Source of the DNA: Rubripirellula sp.
Lineage (GTDB): Bacteria; Planctomycetota; Planctomycetia; Pirellulales; Pirellulaceae
Length of the DNA: 64,000 nucleotides
Direction of reading: 5' to 3'
NCBI GenBank assembly: GCA_965216875.1
Contig: OZ244207.1
Coordinates: forward strand, 2,208,001 to 2,272,000
The translations under genes and the position numbers were made by a program. A model generated the notes under the pieces. It was not told the DNA's origin and ran no database searches. It worked only from the letters and a program-made list of their open reading frames with translations. Numbering within the stretch: position 1 is the first letter of the stretch; each line of letters opens with the position of its first letter. This document shows, piece by piece, positions 47,337 through 55,928 of this stretch.

Positions 47337-50054
47337 ATGAGCAAACGTTCACGACGCCCCCGCTCCAGAAGGTTGGCCGCAGAATCGCTTGAACGCAGGC
47401 AAATGCTTGCGGGCGATGTCTGCATGCACAACCTCGATATGCCGACCGACGTCAACGGGGACGGTCACGTGACATCCAGCGACGCGTTAGCAGTCGTTAA
47501 CCACATGACCCGGCTGCGCAGCGCCGAGGGCGATTCGCCAGCGGTTCCCACGGTAACGCCAAAGATGGTCGACGTTGACAACAACGGCGACGTTACCGCG
47601 CGCGACGCATTGATGGTGATCAACGACCTTCGCATCGAAGCGGAGATCATTCCTGCTGACACCCCTCGACCACCCGAACTTGATTACGACCTCATCGCTC
47701 GCCCAGCAGATGTCGATGACGATGGGATCGTTGAAGGCGACGACATCAACGCCAAAGATTCGACCTTCAAAGTCCTCAAGAACTTCAAGTCACTCGACCC
47801 TGGCAATCCAGACTTTGAGTACGCATCACAGTTCAACAAAGCGTTTCGTCGCGATGGCGCGTTGAACTTGTTGACCACTGACGACGTCGAAACGCTGCTC
47901 GACCGCGCCTCGGCGGCAACCAAGAGCGATGATGCAATCATTGTTGTTGTGGATCGCAACGGAACGATGCTCGGAGTGCGCGTTGAAGAGGGTGTGAGCC
48001 TAAGTCCGACGGGCGATGCCGACCTGGACGCCAAGAAGCTTGCCTACGCCATTGATGGTGCTGCCGCGAAAGCGCGAACGGCTGCTTTCTTCAGCAACAA
48101 CGCAGCCCCCATCACTAGCCGAACGATTCGATCACTGAGTCAGTCGACGATGGTGCAACGTGTCGTCGAAGCATCACCAGTTGACCTACGTGGACAAGAG
48201 TATGTCGGCCCCGGTTTTGTGGCGCCGATTGGCGTCGGCGGCAAGTTTCCACCCGAAGTTGATTTCACTCCTCAGGTAGACCTGTTCGCGATCGAGCACC
48301 AAAGTCGTGACAGCCAACGTCATCCGGGTGCTGACCAGATCAAAGGAAATGAGGACGATTTCTACCTGCGGACGCGATTCAACAGCGATCCAACTTTCGT
48401 TCCGGACAACACCGAATCGTTCTCACAGAGCTGGCCTGAAGCGTATGGGATTCAGGTCGATCGCTTCTTTGACTCGCAATCGCGTGGGATCGCGACACTT
48501 CCCGGCGGCGTTCCTCTTTACAAACTAGTAACTGAAGATGGCGGAGGCCCCGTTTCGGCTGGCACACCGCTGAGCGAACGGATCAACCTTGTCGGAGGCA
48601 TTGGCGTCTTTTTCCCTGGTGAAGAGGGCGATGCAACGTTTGAGCAGGGTTTCGTGCACGGCGTTGGCCAATCCGAAAAGTCGCGCACGAACGCACCGAA
48701 AGTGCTCGAGGCCGAATTCGCAGCCGTGATCGCCTCGGCTGGCGGTGGCTTGTTCAATCCGTTCCAATCGGCCTTCGTTCGCAATCTGTCCGCCTTCAAC
48801 TCCGAGCTGCCTCCGCTTCCCAATTTCATTCTGCCAACAGGCCGAATTGATTTGGTTGGCATCACGCTTGAGATCTTCGGCCCCAATCCAGATCGTTCGT
48901 TCCGAAAGCCCGGTATCGATCGATTGATCGCGGTCGGTTCCGCGACATTCGGTGGTGCTGGATTCATTTCCGGCGACTTGGTTCCAATCAACAAAGATGG
49001 CGACCTGCTGCAACCTGGTAAGCCAGTCCCCGAGGGCTGGTTGGTCGCGCCACACGATTCCGCCTTGCCCGGCGGATTGTCGGCCGAAGACGTTGACAAA
49101 ATCATCGCCGAAGGTGTCGACGAGGCGCTAAAGACGCGGGCTGCCATTCGCTTGGACATCGACGGTGGATTCAAAGCGGGTGTTCCAACCGGAATGGTAT
49201 TGTCGGTTGCCGACACCAACGGTGAGCTACTTGGCGTCTACAGAATGCCCGACGCGACCGTCTTTTCGATTGACGTGTCGATCGCCAAATCTCGAAACAC
49301 GAGTTACTACGCCGACCCAACACCTGGCGTCCTGCAAGACGAAGACCGGATCGATTTTAACAACGACGGCATCTTTGGCGGCGTATCGACATCACTTAGC
49401 GACTTTGGCGGTGATACCGTCCCAGTGGGAACGGCTCTGACAAATCGCTCCTTCCGTTTTGTCGTCGAACCGCGGTATCCGACGGGAATTGAGTTACCCA
49501 ATTCTGCTGGCGATGGCTTGGTCAACGACCCCAATCTGAACCTCTGCGACCAAAAGCTCGCTGTGTGCAAGTTGACTGGGCCGCAAAGCATCGTCCGCAT
49601 GCCAGGAATCAACCCGATCACCGGCGAGAACTTGGTCAACGACGCACCGCTCGACGCGGCGGTCTATCAATTCAGTCCTGATGATCACGTCGACGGACGC
49701 AACACGTTTAGCGTTCTCGCCTTCGACGCGTTCAATCCAAGCCGTAACTTCCGAGACCCGGGTGATGGATCGGTCGTGATTCATGGTGACGGATCACCCG
49801 AACCGCTTGCCAACCAAAATGGGATCGTCTTCTTCCCAGGTAGCACAGCGCTTTACAAGGGTGCGGGCAACGAAACTCTCGTGGGTGGTTTCGGGGTCAG
49901 TGGCGATGGCGTCGACCAAGATGATGTTGTCACCGTCGCCGGCCAAGATGGATTCGCGCCACCTCAATCGCTTCGCGTCGACACCTTCGTCCTCGCAGGC
50001 GTTCGGCTGCCCTTCCAAAAGTTCAACCGCGTCCCGCAGCTGAACACCCGGTAA
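47337..50054 (+). CDS. Planctomycete-extracellular-motif protein with dockerin and two GlcG/HbpS heme-binding domains
   Basis: RRLAAESLERRQMLAGD. Dockerin pair DVNGDGHVTSSDAL / DVDNNGDVTARDAL. GlcG-like unit 1: VVVDRNG…AKARTAAFFS…GGVPLYK…VGGIGV. Unit 2: SVADTNG…AKSRNT…FPGS..LYK…VGGFGVSGDG..QDD. Confidence 0.85.
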   Translation: MSKRSRRPRSRRLAAESLERRQMLAGDVCMHNLDMPTDVNGDGHVTSSDALAVVNHMTRLRSAEGDSPAVPTVTPKMVDVDNNGDVTARDALMVINDLRIEAEIIPADTPRPPELDYDLIARPADVDDDGIVEGDDINAKDSTFKVLKNFKSLDPGNPDFEYASQFNKAFRRDGALNLLTTDDVETLLDRASAATKSDDAIIVVVDRNGTMLGVRVEEGVSLSPTGDADLDAKKLAYAIDGAAAKARTAAFFSNNAAPITSRTIRSLSQSTMVQRVVEASPVDLRGQEYVGPGFVAPIGVGGKFPPEVDFTPQVDLFAIEHQSRDSQRHPGADQIKGNEDDFYLRTRFNSDPTFVPDNTESFSQSWPEAYGIQVDRFFDSQSRGIATLPGGVPLYKLVTEDGGGPVSAGTPLSERINLVGGIGVFFPGEEGDATFEQGFVHGVGQSEKSRTNAPKVLEAEFAAVIASAGGGLFNPFQSAFVRNLSAFNSELPPLPNFILPTGRIDLVGITLEIFGPNPDRSFRKPGIDRLIAVGSATFGGAGFISGDLVPINKDGDLLQPGKPVPEGWLVAPHDSALPGGLSAEDVDKIIAEGVDEALKTRAAIRLDIDGGFKAGVPTGMVLSVADTNGELLGVYRMPDATVFSIDVSIAKSRNTSYYADPTPGVLQDEDRIDFNNDGIFGGVSTSLSDFGGDTVPVGTALTNRSFRFVVEPRYPTGIELPNSAGDGLVNDPNLNLCDQKLAVCKLTGPQSIVRMPGINPITGENLVNDAPLDAAVYQFSPDDHVDGRNTFSVLAFDAFNPSRNFRDPGDGSVVIHGDGSPEPLANQNGIVFFPGSTALYKGAGNETLVGGFGVSGDGVDQDDVVTVAGQDGFAPPQSLRVDTFVLAGVRLPFQKFNRVPQLNTR

Positions 50055-50092
50055 TCTCTTCGTCCGTTCACGCGCACGCCCCCATTGCCTTG

Positions 50093-50151
50093 GTAGGGTG
50101 TGTGCTTGCACGCACCATGTGGTGTTTGGTGCGTGCAAGCACACACCCTAC
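50093..50151. repeat. REP-like family A perfect inverted pair
   Basis: 50093-50116 and 50128-50151 are exact reverse complements. Lies between convergent genes. Confidence 0.92.
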
Positions 50152-50187
50152 ATTCGTTTTGCCGCGGAAATACCGTGGCGAACCGAA

Positions 50188-50856
50188 CTAACCCGAGATC
50201 CATTCGCTCGTGTCGGGCTCGTTTCCCTTTTCGTTGACCTCTCTTACGCTGCGAAACAGTTGGATGGGCAGTTGCACGAGTCCAACCAATATCAGTGTTC
50301 CAAAGAACCACGTGGCAACGGCAATGGTTGAAAGCGAGGTCCACAGCGTCAATGCGGAAAGGGTGATCCCAAACACGGCGAGCAACGATTTGAACTCTGT
50401 TGGGCCAAACTTCGACAGTGTGAACTCGCCAATGAGTTTCGCCTTGATGTTCGTCAGAACAGCGGTCGCAAAAAGACAGATGACCGCGACCAATGCGAAG
50501 TCGAGACGACCGCATGCAAACCCGATGCCGACCAACCAGTAGGCAAAAGAAAGCGGGTCGGTGAAGTGGTCGAGCAGTTCGCCGCCATTTCGACATTGAT
50601 TGGTCGTGCGAGCGTGCGTGCCGTCGACGCAGTCAGCGGTGTGATTGGCGATGACGCCAAAGGCTGCCAACAACCCGCCCCACCAGTGAGTTGTCGACAG
50701 AGCAAAACCGACTGCGCCAACGGCCGCACAAAGATGCCCTGCCAAAACGATCCCCTCGGGCGGAAACGTTTTGGGGATACGCAAATGCGGGTAAAGCGAT
50801 TTGAGTCGTGGCCCAATGACCGGGTCCAATACGCTATGAGAGATTCGTTGTGACAT
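50188..50856 (-). CDS. CDP-alcohol phosphatidyltransferase family protein
   Basis: DCVDGTHAR…GELLDHFTD matches DxxDGxxAR…GxxxDxxxD, with TM segments. Confidence 0.9.
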   Translation of the reverse strand: MSQRISHSVLDPVIGPRLKSLYPHLRIPKTFPPEGIVLAGHLCAAVGAVGFALSTTHWWGGLLAAFGVIANHTADCVDGTHARTTNQCRNGGELLDHFTDPLSFAYWLVGIGFACGRLDFALVAVICLFATAVLTNIKAKLIGEFTLSKFGPTEFKSLLAVFGITLSALTLWTSLSTIAVATWFFGTLILVGLVQLPIQLFRSVREVNEKGNEPDTSEWISG

Positions 50857-50981
50857 CGATGCTGGTTCGATCTGAGTTTCGAGTTGGGCTCTAAAATACA
50901 GAGAGACCAACGAGCCGAGGGCGCTGCGCCATTTGTCGCCGATCTCCCGTTTGTGACGGAATCACGCCTATAATTGCAGGC

Positions 50982-52028
50982 ATGTCGCCAGAAAAACCGC
51001 TCCCTCGCTACGACCATCGCCAAACCTATCGTTGGAATTACGATCATTCACCTGATCCTGCACAACTTGCTGTTCCCGCGATTTCCGGCGACTGGACCTT
51101 TGCTGGAATACCCGCCGCGTCACCAATTGGCGTTGCCGCAGGACCGCTTCTGAATGGCCGCTGGGTGCTCTACTACGCGTCGCTCGGTTTCGACGTTTTG
51201 ACTTACAAGACCGTGCGGAGCCGCGTTCGCGATTGCTACCCCTTGCCGAATCTGGTGTTCGTTCCCGATACCGACGGATTGGACGAACGTTGTGATGAGA
51301 TGCGTGCAATGGACAGCGGGACGGAGAGTTGGGCGGTCAGCTTTGGGATGCCTTCGAGCTCGCCCGAGATTTGGCGAGCGGACATCGAAAAAACTCGCGA
51401 CGCGCTCCCCGCCTCAAAACGACTGAACGTCTCCGTCGTCGGTTCGACCGAACCTGGATGGTCGCTGCAAGACTTGGCTGACGACTATGCACGCTGCGCT
51501 CGCTGGGCAGTCGAAGCGGGAGCCGACACCGTTGAAGCCAACTTGTCTTGTCCGAACGTCGACACCTGTGACGGGCATCTTTATCAACAGCCGACCGAGG
51601 CCGCGCTGGTAGCCCAAACAATTCGCGACCAAATCGGCGACACGCCTCTTGTGCTGAAAATCGGTCACGTCACAACCGATGATCTCGCTCGAGAACTCTT
51701 AAAGGACGTCTCGCCGTTCGCCAATGCGCTCGCAATGACAAACAGCATTGCTTGCACAGTACGTGATCGCAACGGAGCGTGGTTGTTTGATGGCCAAAAG
51801 CGTGGCATCTGCGGCAAGTCAACCTTGAACGCTTCTCTTGAGCAGGTCCAACGGTTTGCCAAGTTGAAGAGTGTGCTTGCTGTGGACGTGAAACTGATCG
51901 GTGTAGGTGGCGCGTCCAGCGGGACGGACGTGCAAGCGTATCTCGATTGCGGTGCTGAGTCAGTCCAGCTAGCCACCGCCGCAATGCTCGATCCGAAGGT
52001 GGCGATCAAAATCAAACAGGCGTTCTAA
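50982..52028 (+). CDS. Dihydroorotate dehydrogenase-like FMN TIM-barrel oxidoreductase
   Basis: PIGVAAG, TYKT, EANLSCPN, LKIG, TNSI, GICG, IGVGG and GAESVQLATA. Confidence 0.8.
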   Translation: MSPEKPLPRYDHRQTYRWNYDHSPDPAQLAVPAISGDWTFAGIPAASPIGVAAGPLLNGRWVLYYASLGFDVLTYKTVRSRVRDCYPLPNLVFVPDTDGLDERCDEMRAMDSGTESWAVSFGMPSSSPEIWRADIEKTRDALPASKRLNVSVVGSTEPGWSLQDLADDYARCARWAVEAGADTVEANLSCPNVDTCDGHLYQQPTEAALVAQTIRDQIGDTPLVLKIGHVTTDDLARELLKDVSPFANALAMTNSIACTVRDRNGAWLFDGQKRGICGKSTLNASLEQVQRFAKLKSVLAVDVKLIGVGGASSGTDVQAYLDCGAESVQLATAAMLDPKVAIKIKQAF

Positions 52029-52038
52029 CCGCCTTCTT

Positions 52039-52145
52039 GTAGTGGACGAGGCAACGAGTCCCCGAATCGTGTGTTGGATTGCGAAGGACTCGTGGCCTCG
52101 TCCACTACGGATATTGCGAAGGACTCGTGGCCTCGTCCACTACGG
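52039..52145. repeat. REP-like family F cluster: inverted pair plus a 35-bp-period duplication of the right arm
   Basis: Forward arm at 52039-52061. Inverse arms at 52086-52108 and 52121-52143. Confidence 0.9.
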
Positions 52146-52300
52146 CTCCCTTTTTCTGACTTTTTTTCGGCGTCGATGTAAGAAGGCCTGCTGACTCGGG
52201 TACTAACCGGGCAAACAGGACTATTCCCGTCGCAGCATTGACAAGCTTTGTCGATTCCTGCTGCCACGTCTTCTCGTCTTCAAGTCAAAGGGCTCTCGGT

Positions 52301-54142
52301 ATGTCACGACGCAGAACACCTCTTCGCAAACAATCGCGGAAACGCAACACCGCGCAACGCCGATCATCACGACGATCGCTCAGTTTCCAGGGACTTGAAG
52401 ATCGGCGAGTACTCGCGGCGGCTCTGACCGCAGGCGGTGTGTTGGTGGTCGAAGCAAACGATGAGCCGAACGAGATCGTGGTCTGGGCAAACAAAGAAAC
52501 CAACACACTGGTCGTTAGTCTTGATGGCAACGAATTCGAATTCCAAGACGATGCCGTACGCAGGATCGACGTCTCAGGCAACGGCGGCAACGACGTGATC
52601 GGAATCCGCGATAGCGTCACTCAACGAACCGTCCTCGATGGCGGCGATGGCAACGACACAATCGTTGGTAGCCAGCAGGCCGACCAAATCTCCGGCGGAC
52701 GCGGTAACGACCGCCTCGGTGGACGTGGCGGCAGTGACCGAATCGACGGCGGCGCGGGCAACGACGCCATTTCCGGTGGCGATGGGTCCGACAGCATCCA
52801 GGGAGGCGTCGGTAGCGACAACATTCGTGGTGGCGCCGGAAACGATCGGATCTTGGGCGATCCTCTTGAGAATGATCGCGCCGACGATTCGGACGCCGAT
52901 GCCGAACGCAGCCTCGAAGATGCTGTCGAGCGCAGCGTCGATGCTGGTGGCGGGGCAACGCACGAAGGCGACTTGGTTTCCGCAGAACCAGTCGACGATC
53001 GGCCTGATGTTGAACCGCCAGCTCCTACTTTCAATGACTTGATCTTTGGTGGCGAAGGCAACGATTCGATTCGCGCCGGCGTTGGCCACGATCGCGTTTT
53101 CGCCGGACCAGGACGAGACTCAGTCTCAGGGGGCGCCGGATCCGACTGGATCGAAGGCGGCGAAGGAAACGATCGCCTTTCAGGTGACACAGGCGCTGAC
53201 GTCATCTTCGGTGGCGCGGGCAACGATCGAATCCAAGGTGGGCGCGGTGGTGACTACCTAATTGGTGGCGCAGGAGGAGATGCCATTCGTGGTGGGGCCG
53301 GCAACGATTGGGTCTGGGGCGACGCCACAAACGAGTACCCCGAGGGCTACACCGATCCTGTCGCCTACACCATCGACTTCGTGAATCGCAATCGCGGACG
53401 CGACCGCATCTCTGGCGATGCAGGCAACGACATTTTGCTTGGCGGCAATTCGGCCGATGCCATTCGTGGTGGAGCGGGCAATGACATTGCCGTCGGCGGC
53501 GAAGGAAACGACCGCATCTCGGGCGGTGCAGGAAACGATGTGATCCTTGGCGATTGGCGTTTCGAACCATCCAACGACGATCCTGATCAAACCGAAGCAT
53601 TCGAAGCCGCCGATCAACTGGTCCGAGATGTCGCGGCGGCACGCGAAGCCGATGTCAACGACGAAGCATCTGAGATCCGTCGCTCCTTTAACGACCGAAT
53701 CTCAGGCGGCCAAGGGAACGACTTGATCTTTGGCATGCACGGTCGCGACCGCATTGCCGGCGGCAGTGGCAACGACATGCTCTATGGTGGACGTGATCAT
53801 GACGTGATTCGTGGCGGCCGGGGCGACGACACCCTTTCCGGCGGACTCGGCAACGATCGACTCGCCGGCGGCGTTGGCAACGACCGAATGGGCGGCGGTG
53901 CAGGGAATGATCGAATGGACGGAGGACGCGGCAATGACATCATGCTCGGCGGCTTGGGCAACGACCTGATGTATGGCCGAGACGGCGATGACTTGTTGGT
54001 CGGTGGTGCCGGCAACGACTCGCTCATCGGCGGTCGCGGTGCTGATGAAATCAAGGCGCGCGACGGTGAGGTCGACCGAATTCTGGCCGATGAATTCGAC
54101 GACATCGAAGCAGACGACGAAGACATCATCGTGCTCCGCTAA
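52301..54142 (+). CDS. RTX/hemolysin-type calcium-binding repeat protein with planctomycete extracellular motif
   Basis: RRSLSFQGLEDRRVLAA, then about 35 GGxGxDxx nonapeptides in four blocks. Confidence 0.9.
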   Translation: MSRRRTPLRKQSRKRNTAQRRSSRRSLSFQGLEDRRVLAAALTAGGVLVVEANDEPNEIVVWANKETNTLVVSLDGNEFEFQDDAVRRIDVSGNGGNDVIGIRDSVTQRTVLDGGDGNDTIVGSQQADQISGGRGNDRLGGRGGSDRIDGGAGNDAISGGDGSDSIQGGVGSDNIRGGAGNDRILGDPLENDRADDSDADAERSLEDAVERSVDAGGGATHEGDLVSAEPVDDRPDVEPPAPTFNDLIFGGEGNDSIRAGVGHDRVFAGPGRDSVSGGAGSDWIEGGEGNDRLSGDTGADVIFGGAGNDRIQGGRGGDYLIGGAGGDAIRGGAGNDWVWGDATNEYPEGYTDPVAYTIDFVNRNRGRDRISGDAGNDILLGGNSADAIRGGAGNDIAVGGEGNDRISGGAGNDVILGDWRFEPSNDDPDQTEAFEAADQLVRDVAAAREADVNDEASEIRRSFNDRISGGQGNDLIFGMHGRDRIAGGSGNDMLYGGRDHDVIRGGRGDDTLSGGLGNDRLAGGVGNDRMGGGAGNDRMDGGRGNDIMLGGLGNDLMYGRDGDDLLVGGAGNDSLIGGRGADEIKARDGEVDRILADEFDDIEADDEDIIVLR

Positions 54143-54181
54143 TCACCGCGTGCCTCAACGAGGAATCCTCGTCCCCGATGC

Positions 54182-54217
54182 AAACGCCCTTTCGGATTCG
54201 TTTCGAAGGGGCGTTTT
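54182..54217 (+). terminator. Probable intrinsic terminator
   Basis: Hairpin aaacgccctttcg…cgaaggggcgttt followed by a T-rich run, 40 bp after the RTX stop. Confidence 0.55.
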
Positions 54218-54398
54218 GCTTTGAAGTGGGCGACAAAACGAACAGTGAAACACGCAGTGAAACAGCAATGCCGGTAAACGGTAACAATTGATTGGCCTTT
54301 ATCGTCTCGACGTACCGTCGTGTGTTTGCGACGCGCGTTGTGACGATTAACGGGTAGGTTCCCTTCATTCCGAATCTGCTGGTTATGGCCCAAAACCT

Positions 54399-55013
54399 AT
54401 GATCCGCCTGCTTGTACTCTCGACTGCGATCTCGGCTCTGGCACTTTCACCCGTGCTGGCGGGCGAGAATATTTCGACCCATTCGTTCCATTTCAGCGAT
54501 GCACCGGGCGCGGAACAGGAAGTGGAACTCGAGGCAGTTCCGGTCGAATTGCTGCAAAGTCCTTCCGAAATGGTGGAAGTGATCGAAGAACCTTCTCATT
54601 GCCGTCCAAAAATCTGCCGCGGCGTGTGCAAAGACCCGGGCCACCCCAAAAAGCCACTGATCGACAAACCGGGCGATCGCAACCGAGGTGACTGCCCACC
54701 GCTCCGTTATCGAATGCCCGATTGCAAGCGAGCCGGTAATCCACACTGCGTCGCGTGGTGGGCCAAATGTGGTGTTGACGGAAAATATGGAGCCTGGTTC
54801 GTCGGTGGTGGCTCACCCTTCCCTCGTGGTCGCTGTCGCAAACTAAGCGAAGGAACTTGGGGACTCGACTACAAGGGACTCTTTGGCCACAGCCGCGTGT
54901 GGTTGAACTACACACGCCACGATCGCAAACAGGGTGGCGAAGGCGCCTACGAAACCGACGGCGAACCGGAATTCGTGAAAAAGGCACACAGCTTCCTCGG
55001 GCTAGGTCACTAA
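54399..55013 (+). CDS. Secreted Cys/Gly/aromatic-rich hypothetical protein
   Basis: Signal peptide (…SPVLA-GE), eight Cys, and motif-like AWFVGGG, GTWGLDY and QGGEGAYETDG. Confidence 0.7.
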   Translation: MIRLLVLSTAISALALSPVLAGENISTHSFHFSDAPGAEQEVELEAVPVELLQSPSEMVEVIEEPSHCRPKICRGVCKDPGHPKKPLIDKPGDRNRGDCPPLRYRMPDCKRAGNPHCVAWWAKCGVDGKYGAWFVGGGSPFPRGRCRKLSEGTWGLDYKGLFGHSRVWLNYTRHDRKQGGEGAYETDGEPEFVKKAHSFLGLGH

Positions 55014-55029
55014 CACGCACGAGACTGAC

Positions 55030-55228
55030 GTAGGGTGTGTGCTTGCACGCACCTCGTTTCTTTCTCGTACTCGTACTCAGGGCGCAGCCCAGTACTCGTC
55101 CTCCAATGAGGCGGGGCTGTTCGATCAGCCGCTTGAGATTCCCGCAGGCCGGAATCGATAACGAGTACGAGTACGAGTGCCGCGATGCCGAGCGGGATCG
55201 CTCTGGTGCGTGCAAGCACACACCCTAC
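55030..55228. repeat. Nested inverted repeats: family A outer pair, CTCGTACTCGTACTC inner pair
   Basis: Outer arms 55030-55053 and 55205-55228, inner arms 55064-55078 and 55163-55177. Both pairs are exact reverse complements. Confidence 0.9.
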
Positions 55229-55230
55229 AT

Positions 55231-55743
55231 CTAAGGACCTTCGAACCGTTGATCCACGATCGGCGTGTCGGGTAGCAACTCGATTCGATTGAGATCGACG
55301 ATCTTGCCGTCAACAACAAGTTCGATCGTTGTGGTGAGATCCCAGCGAGACTTCTTTGCGGCCTCGGTTTGCGCGTCAGCGCCTCGCTGATGATCAGGCG
55401 GGCATCGGATGCGAACTCCCGCCTCGATTCGGCCGAGCGACGCATAGGGACTCGCTTTCAAAACGAGAGGTGCTCCCTCGGTCTTGACTCTTAGCAGCTG
55501 AGGCCATGCCGCTTCAAACGAATCGCGGTCGTCAAAGGGAATATCGTAGAGCGTGATATTCAATAGGCCGCCTTGAAGTGTCGTCGCCTGTTCGCGAAGC
55601 GGTTCCAGGGGCTTCGGCCAGCTCTCCGGCCAATGCCCTCCCTTCGATACGCCCCAATCGCCAAAACTCGTTTGACCCGGAACCATTGCAAATAACGCAA
55701 AGCCAAGCGGAAAGGCGATCAACGGAATGGGATGGAGTGACAC
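55231..55743 (-). CDS. Hypothetical secreted protein
   Basis: GTG 55743 follows GAAAGGA and begins a hydrophobic leader. Motif-like G.WPESWP..LEPLR and IELVVDGKIVDLNRI.LP.DTPI.D.RF. Confidence 0.65.
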   Translation of the reverse strand: MSLHPIPLIAFPLGFALFAMVPGQTSFGDWGVSKGGHWPESWPKPLEPLREQATTLQGGLLNITLYDIPFDDRDSFEAAWPQLLRVKTEGAPLVLKASPYASLGRIEAGVRIRCPPDHQRGADAQTEAAKKSRWDLTTTIELVVDGKIVDLNRIELLPDTPIVDQRFEGP

Positions 55744-55928
55744 GGCTTGGTTCCTTTCTGTACGACGAAAAGTGCCCTCGTTATGAAGACTCAACGGCAC
55801 TGTAGCCGTTTTCTTAGTTGCGATCTGCCAAAATGGTCTCCGAACTTCATCGATGCTGCGTCCATTCCGGATGTCTGCCGGAAAGGTTAGAGTGTTCGGG
55901 CGATTCCCGATTGTCCCAGGTTCATGCA

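Noticed and set aside
52039..52145. Possible mini-CRISPR
   Set aside because: The units include an inverted copy and an identical tandem duplicate with no unique spacers, so this is a REP cluster.
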